Made by a program: the position numbers and the translations under genes
Origin: Lama glama
Lineage: Eukaryota
Length of the DNA stretch: 64,000 bases
Direction: 5' to 3'
Assembly (NCBI GenBank): GCA_028534125.1
Contig: CM052817.1
Location: forward strand, 39,682,001-39,746,000
Shown: positions 1 to 13,620 of the stretch, piece after piece
How positions within the stretch are numbered: the first letter of the stretch is position 1
Layout: every line of letters begins with the position of its first letter
Notes under the pieces: model-generated
The model's database searches: none
Told to the model about the DNA's origin: nothing
What the model saw: only the letters and a program-made list of their open reading frames with translations

Positions 1-485
1 TGGTCTGTGGGATCAGAGGATGCTTTCTGAAAGTAGTGATATCTTCACTGAAACTGAGGGTAGAAGTCAGGGTGTTAACTGCAAGGCAAGTATTTTTTAC
101 TTAGAGAGACTCCCATTTTTTAAAATAAACATGCCGAAACACTCATGGGAAGGAGCCAATGAAGAGAGAAAGGTTAAAAACTCAGAAGAGAAAGGGGAAA
201 ACCCGTACACCAGGCTCCCCAAAGCAGAAGTAAGGGTAAGATGCAGAGAACACAGAAAGATTCACCCCAGGAGAGAGAGGTGAGAGGTTTTAAAGGGTGA
301 GGGGTGGGAGAGAGCTCCTGGGGGAACACACAAGGAATTCCCAGCAGCAGAGAACGCAGTGGGGTCAGAGATGGCGAACAGCTGAAATGAGACAGACTCT
401 CCTTTTCTGTGCCCCCGTGAAGGGCAAGGGGAGCTCAAGTGCTGTTTGCATCTGTAATGGGGTGTTCTTTAATAACACTTTCAGG

Positions 486-921
486 AAGCCAGGCTGAAAA
501 GGCTGCATACTGTATGGTTCCAATTATATGACATTCTGGAAAAGGCAAAACTCTGGAGACAGTAAAAAGATCAGTGGTTGGCAGGGGCTGGAGGGAAGGA
601 ATGAACAGGTGGAGCACGGAGGATTTTTAAGTCATGAAACTATTCTGTATGACACCGTACTAATGGATACATTTGTCCAGATTCATGGAACGTACAACAG
701 CAAGAATGAACCCTAATGTGAACTATGGACTCTGGGTGATAATGACGTGTCAATGTAGGTTCATCAATTGTAACAAAAGTACCACTCTGGTGGGGGATGT
801 TGGTAATAGGGGAGATTGCACACGTGTGGGGGCAAGGGGCGTATATGGAAAAATTTCTGTACCTTCCTCTTAATTTTGCTGTGAACCTAAAACTCTTCTT
901 AAAAAATTAAGTTAAAAAAAT
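486..921 (+). mobile_element. L1MC1-like LINE-1 3' end, 5'-truncated
   Basis: Diagnostic 3' UTR motifs (gaaccctaatgtgaactatggactctgggtgataatgacgtgtcaatgtagg; ttttgctgtgaacctaaaact) and an A-rich tail. Flanking repeat actttcagg at 477-485 and 922-930. Confidence 0.9.
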
Positions 922-963
922 ACTTTCAGGGCCTCTGTCCCTATATATAAATAATGAGAAATT

Positions 964-975
964 GGGGGGGGGGGG
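964..975 (+). repeat. G12 homopolymer
   Basis: 12 consecutive G. Confidence 0.95.
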
Positions 976-3609
976 TGGCGGGACTCAATACATCCTGACA
1001 CTTCTTTTAAAGAAAAAAACCACTATTAAATCATCTGACCTAAATATCACTAAACAGAACTCTAAAATGTGATACCTACAGGGCATCTCACTTCTTCGTT
1101 GAGATTCAGAGAGATGCTTCCTCTGCCCAGGGCCCCGCAATCCATCAGAGCCTGAACACAAACTCTGTCTCCCGACTTCCAGTCTGAGACGCTCCCTACT
1201 ACACAACACTTTTTTCTTTTCTCCATTAGATACTTCGAGGGACCATCTCACTTTCATTTTTCTGTCCTACTGCAAAGCACCAAGGCCACACTGTGAGAGA
1301 TGCCTATTCAGTCAATCGGCCAGTTACCCTGCCCCAGGGAACACTGCACTGATAGTTGGTTTTGGTGTCATGCAGACACAGCCTCACTGCTGGCCACTAG
1401 TGGCTCCTACATAGTCCCTAGAAATTAAAACATAGATGTCACTTGTGTCCCCAAACCCTCTCTGTCAGCATCTGTCTAGATGGACGGTTACTCTCAGACC
1501 CACAGAGAGGGCTTTCTTCCTAAGCCCAGAGAGGCGACACCTCATCATGGAGATGTCCATGTTCTTAGTCACTGAGGCCAGTTCTTGCCTCTCCTACTTC
1601 CGCTTTACTTTAGACGACCCAGGACAGATCAACAGGAAGACAGAGCCAAGAGGAGATGCTCTCCTTGAGGCCTAAAGACAAGGCATCTTGAATGAAAGCT
1701 TTTAGTTTCTAAGCAGAGGTCCATGCCAATCCCCCGCAACCAAAAAAAAAAAAAAAAAAAAGTGAGGCACAAGATTCAGCTCCTTCACACATACGTCCAT
1801 GTCCCTGCCACACCTGCTGCCCCACTTTGGACCCCCACCCGCCCTCCAGCACTTCCCTGCAGTACACCCGTCTTCTAAATTAGAATTGTCAGGGTTTTGT
1901 GAGGATTGCCGTTGACGCAGGCTCCTCTTGTGCGAGTCCCAGGACATACATTGGAACTGCCTCTTAAGACCCAAAGTAAGACAAGAGGGGCCAGGCAATC
2001 AACATGCTGTCCCTAAATTATCACCTAAATGCTAACAGGTTATACTAAAGATTTACATTTATACGCGAGAAGAAACACCTCTGTGCCCCAGCTAACGCTG
2101 CTTCACTAACACCTCCATTCTTTCTCCAGTTTCAAATCAGTGTCCCTACTGAGGCCCAAATCTGGTCACTGAAATATCACCATGGCTGTTAAAACTTGTT
2201 TTTCTCAAACCTGTCGAATGACGGTATCATCCCCCAGTAAATTAGCTACTTACTATTCCCTGACCTGTTCTTCCTATCACAGTCTCATTTGATTATTCCA
2301 AGCAGACAAGTCTATTTTCCTCCTTTGGCAAGCAAACGAGGAAGGTGGGATGGAAGTTATATTAAGAAAAAAAGTAAGTGCACTGTGGTGCATACTTGAA
2401 AGCCTTTCTGCGATAAAAGGACGGAACTTAGCCCAGGAAAGTCACAGTGTCAAGCTTAAATGCTTTCTCTACCGGTGTGCTTCAGTGGGGGGAGAAAAAA
2501 CACATAACCTGGAAAGCTGGTCTGGCAATTATATTACTGACAGAGAATTTTATGAGACAATATCAGAGGGGAAGTGCAATGAGGCTATGTCAAACCACAG
2601 GCTGTACCAAAAAATATACATATATATGGGCTCATAGAAACAGGGACAAATAAAGTTGGCAATGAAGAGGGCATTCATTTAATTGCTTCACCTCTCCTTT
2701 TGACTGCATCTGTAAGTGAAACAAAACATGCCCTCCAATCTCCTGAAGGCACCAGGTGCCTAATGGGAGAACCAGGACCCTGGAGGCGACGTCAGGCAGG
2801 ACGGGGAGCTGATCTCCCAGGGAGAAGCCAGGACTAGTCAGTAACGGGTGAGATAAAGTGCATAACCCCTCAAATGATGTATTTCAGCCTTCCACGGGGT
2901 CTGAAATGGCAGGTGGCAAAGCTCTGACCCCAAAAGAAAACAATTTGCCCTGTTTGCGCCTGTGGGAGAATTCATGGAAGAATGGTTACTTCTGCTTCAT
3001 GCTTTGCAGGCACCATTAGAGATCACTGGGAATAGATGCGTGGGGAAAAGGACGCTGGGCAGCTCGGTGTATTGGAGCCTTGGGGACCTGAAGGCTGTGA
3101 ATTCTAATTCTGGCTCTGCTGCTAATTTCCCGTGGTACCTTGAAAGGATGCACTTAATATCCTAGAGCTTCAATTTCCTTCCCAGGAGAGGTGGGCCTGA
3201 ACCTTATCGATAAATGATTATGAAGCAAGTATTTCATTCACACCCCCAGAGCAGCCTATCATGTGGGATTATTCCCAAGAGTAGCAAATTAAAATGTTTC
3301 TAGTACAATTGAGCTAGAAAAATCAAAATATTAACAGGATGATAGATACACATTTTACTAAAATCTAACCTTAAAAGACTGGCATTTCTTCTCAAAATAA
3401 TAGCATCGAGTAAGAGAAAATGTCAAAACTCTTTGAAGAAACGTCCAGCACTATTCAAATACAAGGCTACTAAGCGGAAAAAAATTAATATATTAAACCC
3501 CAAAGGGGCTTGCTACTCCCAACCTCCAACTAAGACCTTCATTGATTCTGTATCTATTTGGCAAGTACCTTTCTCGTGCCTGGCATTAACTGGGCACTGA
3601 GGATGCAGA

Positions 3610-3907
3610 AGTGAACCACAGCCAGACACAAAGGGACAAGTATTGTATGAGTCCACTTACAGAAGGTAAGGTAGCTAGACTAGGCAAATTCATAGCAACA
3701 GAAATAGAGGTTCCCAGGGGGCTGAGGGGAGAGGGGTTGGGGAGTGACTGCTTAATGGTTACGGAGTCTGTGTCAGGAGACGAAACATTCTAGGAATGGA
3801 GCACGGTGATGGTTAACACGTGTTGTGAATGCACTCAGTGCCACTAAATTGTACACTTAACATGGTAAACTTCACATTATATATATTTTACCACAATTTT
3901 TTAAAAA
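3610..3907 (+). mobile_element. L1MB-type LINE-1 3' end fragment
   Basis: agccagacacaaagggacaagtattgtatga ... gccactaaattgtacacttaa ... tattttaccacaattt, typical of the L1MB 3' UTR. Confidence 0.85.
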
Positions 3908-4900
3908 GAGCTGGAACAAACAAACAAAAAAGGAGTCAACTGAACATGTTCTTTCCCCCTCCTGACAAAGACAGGACTCTTACCTCCAGTCAGAAACTCT
4001 GCTGATGTGGGTTCCGTTGCCTCCTGCTCTCTGCCAAGTTTTCTCAAGGTTCTTTATCATCGTGCCTCCTGACACTAAGAACCTACTCGATTCAGGGTTA
4101 TGTCCAGAATATTGAGTATTACCAAACTTTCATCATCTTAGATGTTCACTGAAGCTCCCTTCTCACAGCTGAGTAAATATTCTTCCAACAGGAAGCCTGA
4201 CAGATGAATTGTCTTGGCCCCGAAATGTATTTTCACGTCAGAACTCAGACAAGTGTGACAGTTTCTTCCTCTAAGCTCCACTTTTGAATAGTTTGATGTG
4301 ACTCTACCACCTTCCTTCACCTTGAAGATACTCTTTTCCAAGACAATTTGCCGTTAATAGAGAACAGCTCCTCATAGGAGAGGGAGCAGCGTTCTGGCTG
4401 AAAAAGAGAGGTGGTTTCACTGGGAGAATTAAGCAACACACTCGGGCCAGCTGAGTTCTGGTTCCGGTTCTGTTTCTAATTGAGCTGTCAGACCAACGCT
4501 TACCCCTCCAGTTCTCGTCTATGGAAAAGTAGCAATTATAACACCTCCTAAAAACCTCACTGTAATTTAACGAATCAACTCCTGAGGGAATACATTATGA
4601 AATTGACTTAAACTGAGCACAATTATTTTGGTACTTCAGGAATTAAATTGCTTTGGTTGGGATCCAAGACTAACCCAATTTACACCACATTCTAATTAAA
4701 GTTATTAGTGTTATGGTCAAGGTGTTGAACTGAGGGTTCCTATGGCATAGGATTGGCCAATGTGATCGTCATGTCTCTTTAAGAATATAATTTAGACTTA
4801 TTTTTATACATCAGCCCCGTAATTCAACTTAAATCTCATCTTCACTTGCTCACCAACTTCACTAATTTGCCATTCTTTAAATTCACGCCTCACCCTAGAC

Positions 4901-5122
4901 CAGAGAAGTCCAACCTCATCTTTAGTGACATTTTGAACTAGATAGTTCAGATAATCCTTTCTTGTGAGGAGCTGTCCTGTGTGTTGCGGAATGTTCAGCA
5001 GCATCCCTGGTCTTTACCCACTAGACGCCAGTAATGCCCCTTCCCAAAGGCTGTGACAACCAAAAATGTCTCCAGACATTACCAAATTTGCCATCCCCCC
5101 ATCCCTTAATTAAGAACCACAG
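4901..5122 (-). mobile_element. MER20 (hAT-Charlie MITE)
   Basis: Reverse complement of the MER20 core (cagcatccctggtctttacccactagacgccagta; tgtgacaaccaaaaatgtctccagacatt). TIR-like end gaaccacag, with cctaga on both flanks. Confidence 0.9.
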
Positions 5123-7189
5123 CCTAGATCTTGTTTCTAGCCATGTAACTAACACTGAATAACTACTCTGACACCACCACCATCCATTCCCTTCAAAACT
5201 CCTAAAGGGTCCCAGTTGGTCTCGCCTTCTGTCTTTCAGAGCACCTCCCTTGCTCTGAGGAGTAGGGTAATTCTCATCCAAGAGTCTCTTCTATTTGCAT
5301 AACTAAGCATGAAACATTCTGAAAAGTATCTAAAGGAGACTCAATCCCTTAAAAGTCTCATCTTTACTGAAAATATTAAGCCAGGCATACTTAAATAGAT
5401 TTTAAGGTGGGACTTACGAATGAGGTATAGATAAAATTAAAACAGACTAGAAACCTTCACCACAACTCAAAATGAATCTTACCCAAATCCTTTTAGAAAA
5501 CTGAAAAATAAAATTTTTTTTAAATTAAAATAAAATTTAAAAAGTTTGATAACCTTTACAGAAACCATCACTCACTTCATACTTTCTTAACCCAATTTCA
5601 ATGAGAATTAAAAAAGAAGGGAAATACTGCTTGTGTATCAGATGCTATATCAGAACCCTCCTGAAGTTTTCTAGTAAAGCTGGGTTCTTTTTAGAAACCA
5701 TTCCCAACTCTGTGGCAAATTTGTTTAATTTCAGTCTGGCTGGAAATATTTTCCACACACTTTCGCACTGACCCCAACACCAGTTTTGTAAATCTCAGAT
5801 GGTCCTTGAGACTACAATGTGATTTTAAAATATCGGAAAACTTGAGACTTCAGGAAACTGATGTAAACTGTTTCATGTTTACCCCTCACTTTCAAATCTC
5901 CCAGACTGTCTAATGAGCTTCTCAGGGTGTTCCTTCCAATCACCTGCCAAGGTCAACATGGCTACACTGGAGGGAGGGAAAGAGAAGAAAGGTGTTTCTA
6001 CAGTTCTAAGTGCTTTCCACCTCTGCTACCTGACTAGGCCTGCAAATGGGAGAAATATCCATTTGAGGGGGGAAGTCAGATAAATCTCCTGGTTTTAAAT
6101 ATCATGACTACATGACCTGAGGAAGTGTAATATTTTATTATGTAAAAAATAAATTCTATTAATTATTTTAATTCACTAAATAAGTATCCATTGTGTCATC
6201 CAAGGAAAGATGTAAACAGACAAAAGTCTGGGAGCTAAAATTTCAGTTCTTTGGTCTCAACCACCTATCACAAGGTATTAGTGAACAGGAGCTGAAACCG
6301 TGTGCTTAAGCCCAGACATGTATTGTTAAATGTGACATGCTCAATTTATCATTAGTTATGAAGTGAAAACGGATGAATACACATTCAATTTAGTTCAGCT
6401 GCTTTCTTCATTTATCACACTCTTTCATCATCCATCATCTTCCCCCACCCTTTTGATTTGAACAAATAACACACTTTCATAAGTTTAATCTAATTAATCA
6501 TAATTGTAAGGTAATGTTCCCTTAATGAACCATACATCTGATTTTATAAAGTTTGTTGCAATTTTAATAAAATGTGTTCCAGATAGAATCTACAAATGTT
6601 CTCTTTGAAGCCCAACCACCTAATCATTCTTCTGCCTAACTCGTGTTTCTCAACTGCATGGATGCTCCAGCACGCACACAAACACACACCAGCATACTCT
6701 CCTTTCTGGGGTTGATGAAGATATAACGATACTGAGAGTCATCGGAGCATGCTGGTCTTCTACAGAACAACTGTTTCAGTAAATTAGAAAGTGTTCATCC
6801 TTTTATGAGGAGAGATAGGAAGATAAGAAAATTAACGGCAGAGTGGAGGAAAAAGTAAGGAGGAATGGAAACGATTGTTCCTTTATTGTTGTTATTAACA
6901 AGAATTCAGACCTGGATGGTAACTACAAAGACCAGGACAGAAATACAAAAAGAAATTGTCATTTGTGGGTAGTAAATTATGCTACAAATCCAAAAACACT
7001 CTTTTCCTAGTATAACTCCTAAGAGAATCTCATAGGAGAGATGACAGTCTGTAAAGTGCTGTAATCACATATCATTCCCCATATCTGAGTGGGAGGAACA
7101 CGATGAGCTTCCATCTGAATCTGCACGAGCTTTGGTTTAGGTGACAAAGTGTCAAAGAACAGTTAAAGCCAGAAGAAACTTTAAAGCCA

Positions 7190-7285
7190 TTTTGCTCAAA
7201 TCTCTTGATTTAAAAATGAGGTGACTGAAGCCATGAGAAGTGAAAGGACTTGCCCAAGGTCATGGAAGTCAGTGGCAGGGGGACC
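7190..7285 (-). mobile_element. MIR SINE fragment
   Basis: MIR core in reverse: atgaggtgactgaagccatgagaagtgaaaggacttgcccaaggtca. Confidence 0.7.
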
Positions 7286-9589
7286 ATGACTATAAGACAA
7301 GCCCACTGATTGGCATTCCAGCCTTATTTTCCACCTGATCTGCATTCCTTTCCATGTCACATGCCTGGTTCCGGTTTGATACTAGTTGCTTTGTCTTTTG
7401 TCTGAAAAAATCTGGCACATTTTAGAAAGAAAAATAGAATTTCTTTAGAGCCTAGACCATAAAACTTGCTGTAAAGTAGCAATCTCATAGCACTTTTTAA
7501 GCCAAGTGCCACAATGATACTATCAGAGAGAAGATACAACCCTTCCATTGTCCTCCGGCAGAACATGGGACGTTGTTGCACATGGGCATGTTGACTCCAG
7601 CCATGCACTTTGATTTCCTGCTGGGGAAATGTTTTTCTTGACTGACTACAGTCCTTCTCATGGGTACGTGGTCTGCTCCCCCTCTACAGCCTCATTAGTG
7701 ACGCTGGCACCGTCTGCCCGAGCTCTCTCCTTGTGTTGCTTACCTGCTGGCCCAGGATATTTCTTAAATGCCCTTTCTTCATGTGATGGCCAGACAATGG
7801 CCAAACTGAAGAATCAGTTAACGTAACTATAAAGAATAAGGCCTATGAGTCATTCTCGCTTTATGGTTTAAGGGCTGCAACCATCCAGGAGTCCTAACAC
7901 CTGCCTTGGCAAATATTTCTCTGCCCTAACACTGATTACAAATTTCATTCATTATCTGCTTTGGAGCCTATCTCATTAGAGGTCAATGCACAAGAAATGA
8001 CCGCACGCTCACAAACAAAAACATGCAGACATGGTTAATTTCCTTTTAAATGGAAAAAACAAAAACAAAACAAAACAAAAATTCTGACACCAGTGCTCTC
8101 ACACACGGCTAGTAACAGTGCACGCTGGCAGTCAACAGGCAGAGTGAGGAGCCAACAGAGCCATGCTCATCAAAACTGCGTATTTTTGTAGGCTCTTTGA
8201 TAGAAAAATTCCAATTCCAGCAACTGTTTCTAAGTAAATAATCAATGTATCACAATTTGAAAGTTTGGAACATTGTTAAAACAAAATATTAGTGGCTATT
8301 TAAAATGCTATTGTTGAAAAATGTTAAAAGGCCTAAAGAAAGAGTCACAAAATGTATTAGGTTTAAAAAGGCAGTTTAGAAAACAATATTACAGTATTAT
8401 CTCACTTTTAAAATTTTCATGAATGTATTGCTTTTATAAACAGATTGAGTAAACGTATACTAAAATGTTAGCATTAATACCTTATTCATGTGTAAGTATT
8501 ACAGAAATTATGATTTGCTAACTAACGGTGTAAGTTATAATCATCCATTTAATTTCTCTCTTCCATGAAATTCTCAAAGCAGGATTGGAGTATCTTATTT
8601 AATGTTACATTCCCAATGCTTTGCATGTACCTAGAGAGTCATAAGAGCTCAAAAGACATCTTTTGAGTGAATGAAAGTGATTTTTATCAACTCGTTTATG
8701 CTTGTTCATATTTTCTGTTTTCTCCACTGAGGATGTATTCTCTTACACTGAGAAAAGAGACAATAAGTGTATTTTTATTGTTATTTTTGTTTCCAGTGCC
8801 TACTGTTATTCCCTTCAAACATCTTAACTTTGGACACTTTCCTAAGAAACAATCACAAAGAATGTCCTAAGGAAACTAATGAAAACTCTATTCATCCCAG
8901 AAGTCCATGGAAATTAGATAAGAAGCATACACATTTGCAAATCAGATATCGGCACTGAAAAGCATGCTTTAAAGTGTCTTTCTTTCAATCAGTAGTTAAT
9001 TGAACAGCTACTATGTACCAAGCACTCGAAAGTTCCTTAGGATGGAGAGAGGTGAATACAGTGAAGAAGAGAGTGAAAAAGAATCTCTGCTTCCAAAGAA
9101 ATTGCAAATTTTATTGGAAAAACAGAGGCTAAAAGCATATAATTCCATATAAATCAGAATGAAATGTGATACAACAGAGCCATAAATTAAATGCCATGAT
9201 AGAAGAAAAAGGAGGGCTTAAATGCAGTTGGGTGGTAGGAGGTCAGAGGAGGCTTTAAAGAGAGGCTGACACCCTTAAAAGATCCATAGCTGATTTTTGA
9301 TAGATGGAGAAGAGGAAGGTCTTGTCTACATTTAACCTTGAATTAGAATAAAACTAATTCCCAATAGCCTGGCATTTAATCACTGCAGAATCAAAAGGCC
9401 AAGCCAACTTACTAAACATTCAGGGACAGATTCTTTCCCTAACCCAGAGGGCATGCAGCAGCAACAACAAATTACCAACTTTGCCCCAGAGTTGGATGCT
9501 CATCCAGCACTCACCTGGCCAGCCTGCAGAGGAGCAGCAACAGGTTCTGGGCATTCAATTAATTTTTTTCCAAAGCATTCATCTCATTT

Positions 9590-9750
9590 ATCACCACCTG
9601 ATTACCATATTGTTATGTACTCATTGTCTGTCTCTCCCTGGTAGAACAAAAGCTTCATAAAGCCAGGAGTTTTTGCTCATCAGTGTATCCTCAGCCCCTA
9701 GAACAGTACCTTGGCTATGAGAGGTATCCATTAAATATTTGTTAAATCAG
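9590..9750 (+). mobile_element. L2 LINE 3' end fragment
   Basis: gtatcctcagcccctagaacagtaccttggc ... ttaaatatttgttaaat resembles the L2 3' terminus. Confidence 0.65.
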
Positions 9751-10086
9751 TGAAAACCCTGAGGTAGGATGTGGAACATGCAAAGTATGCTGCACCCTGG
9801 GGACACCATCAGCATCATCACTGTCACACCCAGTTGAAGAGTCAATTAAAACCCCGAATCCAAGATGTATGCCCCCTGTGGGTGCGTAGATTCAGATCGG
9901 TAGATTCAGGACACTTTTCAAGGATGGAGCAGTTTCAGAGGCTCCTAAATTCATTACCCTAGAAAAGACCTTAGAGGGCTTGGTTCAAATCCCTCAGAAA
10001 ACCCATCAAATTTATTCATTTCCTCATTCATTCCTTCATGTGTTCATTTAACAAGCATTTATTGATTCTTGACTTGTACGCAGTAT

Positions 10087-10730
10087 TGTTACAATAAAGA
10101 ATCTGTCTTTGTCCCAGCTTCCTGGGAGAGAGCTCCAAAACCTTCAGAATTTTTTGAGTGATAGAAGTGTCTTTCTTATTCATTACGGGTCCTTGGTCCA
10201 TATCTGGGTTTGTGCTAAGGCAGTGACTCAGAATGGGGGCTGGTCATGCCAGGAAAACCAACCATGGGAGTAGAGGGCTGGGGCTTTGAGCTAGGTGATA
10301 TCAGCCCAGCCTTCACAGAGTAAAGGGAAGTTGGAGAATGAGTTCAGCCACATGGCCAATAATTCAATCAATGAGACTCCAGTGAAAACTCTGGACACTG
10401 ACATTTGTGTGAGCTTCCCGGCTGGTGAACATATTGATGTGCTAGAAGAGTGTTGTGTCCTGATTATGTGTCAGGGATGTGGCAGCTGTGTTTGGAAACC
10501 TCCCAGACCTCATCCTATGTGTATCCTTTATAATCAAACTGTAATCATATGTGTAGCACCTTCCTGAGTTCTGTGAGTCATTCTAGTGAATTCTCAAACC
10601 TGAAGATGTCATAAGAATCCCCAAACTTACAGCCAACTAGTCAGAAGCGCAGGTGGCCTGGGGATCCCCAAACTTGTGGTTGCTTCTCTGAACTGAGTGC
10701 AGTCTTGTTAGGTACTGTGACCTTAACCTC
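10087..10730 (+). mobile_element. MER21C-like ERVL LTR
   Basis: TG start. Motifs gggggctggtcatgccaggaaaaccaaccatg, aaaactctggacactga and tgagttctgtgagtcattctagtgaatt ... ggtggcctgggga. Confidence 0.85.
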
Positions 10731-11294
10731 TAACCTCAGACTCAACTCAAGACTTAAACAGCTTAAGGTATTATCTCTTTATTTCCAATGGAAACTCAGG
10801 ATAGAAGTAGATCTTGGTGATAGGTTAGTTGCATTCCATAGTAGGAGGGCTTCCTCTGGCAGAAGCATGATTTCCCCTCCTGTCATCATGATGCCAATAG
10901 GAGGACAGGGGCACTGGGAGGCCACCCCAAGTTCACCCAAAGGCCAACAATCCAGGACTTGGCTGAGGGCTGCAGCTCCATCATTCCTGTGCATGTGTGA
11001 GTATGTGTATATTTATATCTCAGGAGATAGAATTATATGTAAAATCTCCTGCAAAAGAATTGGTTGTTGGAATACTAGGGGCAATTCCAGAAACTGGTTT
11101 TTTCAATTCCAGCTGAAGTGTTTTTCCCCATCAAGTTTTTCAAGTACTCTCTTCTAAGTAGAAAAGACAAAAACGCTCTCAGAGAATTATATGTGACAGA
11201 GATGTCAGTACAGCTCATCAGACCCAGAAATTCACCTTCTTGTCTTAAATAATGATACCGATGGTGTAATACATAGATTATGAGAGATTATGAT

Positions 11295-11430
11295 GAAACC
11301 TTAGGCAGTTTCTGTAACTTTAAGAGCCCCAGTTTTCTTGTCTGTAAAATGGGGACAACAATCTATACCCAACCTGCCTTAAAAGATTGTTGTAAAGGAA
11401 GTAGAAGTTATTGAAAAGAAAACTCACTGT
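11295..11430 (+). mobile_element. MIR SINE fragment
   Basis: ccttaggcagt ... cagttttcttgtctgtaaaatggggacaacaat ... gattgttgtaaagg. Confidence 0.7.
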
Positions 11431-11939
11431 CAGATGTGAGTTGTTATTATAATACATCCCAAGGAACTACTGAACTTGAGTTTGTTATGAAAAATAGTTA
11501 TTGCATATCTTATTCACTCATAAAGCCTTCCTATTCCCTGATCAAAATTTATAACATGTATTAAAGGTCAACAGATAAGACTGGAATTACAATTTTTTTT
11601 GAGACCTTAGCAAGAAGAAACTTGGAAGATTTAAGATAGAAACAATTGAGTGAGTCCTTGAGACTTGTCCCCTATGCTAGGATATTTTAATAAAATTTTT
11701 AAGAAAAAGTAGAAATGGTATTAATAACAAGGATACACTATATAATCAACAATTTAATATTAATCCTGTATACTTAAATAATGCATCACTGTCGAATTTC
11801 ATGCTGATTAATCTATTTTCAGCCTTCCAAGAATGCTACGAAGTTTTTTAAATATGTTGCCGTAGATCCAGAGATGCTAATAACGTGCCCAAGGTCACAG
11901 AGCTAGCAGGTACCACCTCAAAATAGCTGATCATGGACA

Positions 11940-12265
11940 AAAACAGCTCATATTTACTGAGTGCTTCCTACAAGGCACACACCACTTAATTTGTCTAATC
12001 TTCCCCCAAACGCTGTAAGGTAATACTGGTTGTTTAATTAAGGAATGGGAAAAAGAGAGAGGTTGGAAACTTCCTCATCACACACTAATGAATGCTGAAA
12101 CTAGATTCAAACCAGAAACTACATGCTTACCTACCACGAACCCCATCAGGAAAATGGGGTGATAATATCCATCTTGCAGAATTATTGTAAGAAAATTAAA
12201 AGATATATTATGCAGAAGTGCTGAATTCCACATCTGACACATGACAGGTACAAAGAAATGTCCAT
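11940..12265. mobile_element. Two adjacent MIR fragments in opposite orientations
   Basis: A minus-strand piece (atttactgagtgcttcc ... gattcaaaccag) followed by a plus-strand piece (aaaatggggtgataatatccatcttgcagaattattgtaag). Confidence 0.6.
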
Positions 12266-13379
12266 TGAGTCTGTTCTTGTGGAGCCAGATCTGATTCCTG
12301 ACCAGACTCTTTCCCTGGCACCATGCTCTATCTCATCTTAGGGGGCAGGTGGAGTTCTAAGGTTCCAAGGAATATTTACCAAGTTGGTAGGAAAATCACT
12401 GAATTAGAATGCAACGAAAACCTCTAATGAAATTTTAAGCCAAACTCAGCCAACTCTATGATGCATAAGAGATATGTGGTCTCTGGCATAATCACAAACA
12501 TATGAGTGGGAATTAAGCTCTTATGGTAAAATGATGTTGCCTGGTCTTGTTCCTGTCAATACAGGATATCTGTCCAATCTGGGGTTAAGAGATCGTTGGC
12601 ATCACTAGTTTTATACTCTTCTTTCTCAGTAAAATACTCCAAAGTAAAATAATGTAGACTTTCTATGGCCCTCAGGATGAAAGAAACAAACAATTTTAAA
12701 AACTCTGAAGTATATTTGCAAGTGAATCACATACAACAATGTCTAGAATATAGAAGATACTCAGTATGAACTGAGATGAATGAATAAAAAAATGAATGAT
12801 ACAGACAAAATTACCATCCTTTATAACTCTACTGGTATTCCTCCTTATATGGAAAATGACTAGTTTTGGGTTTTTTTCTTAAGGATGGACTGACTTTTTT
12901 TTTAACTTTTAAGTTCTTTTGATATTAGGATATTTAGCATCCAGAGGAGCTCGAACACACAGTTGTCACTGCAAAATTATTATAAACATGTGAACAATTC
13001 TAATATGTAAGAAAAATGTATTATCTTTATTTTTGATCCATACACTGATTTTCTCAGCAAGAGGTCATATTACAGAAATCATGAGAATTTTATATAATAT
13101 TAATGTCTAAATATTTTAAGTATTCTTGAGTCTGAAGTTAAGTCTACAATTTTATTTGTTCCTAACCAATCTAGACATTGTTATTATATAAATCAATAAT
13201 ATCTTTTTCATGCCATCTGGAAATGAGACATCACCAATTCTAACAATGATTACTTCAGAATGATGGAATTCATGGTTATCTACTGGTTTAATTTTTGTAT
13301 TTTTCTGTTTTGCTGGAATTTTATGAGTGTTTTTATTTTAAACAATTCATTCTTTTTAATATCTCCCAAATAAGACTAT

Positions 13380-13620
13380 CACTTATTCAATCATTCAAAA
13401 ATCCATTCCTTAAATGCCTACCATATGCAAATGTAGGTACATATGCCGTGTATCTAAAGAAGGTGAACAAGACAAGACCCTCGATCTTAACTTGCAGGAT
13501 AGCAGAGGGGAGACAGACCTACAAGATAACAAGATCAATAATGTGTTACAGGTGCCCAAGAGAAACATGTAGGGCTGAGTGGGAGGAGGGTAAGAAGAGA
13601 GAGGGTCGCCTACATGAAGA
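13380..13620 (-). mobile_element. L2 LINE 3' fragment
   Basis: ttcaatcattcaaaaatccattccttaaatgcctacc ... ggtgaacaagacaagaccc ... ggggagacagac, the reverse of the L2 3' end. Confidence 0.65.

Noticed and set aside
1388..1406. CTCF site at gccactagtggc
   Set aside because: A 12-bp palindrome that is one base short in the core spacing; weak match.
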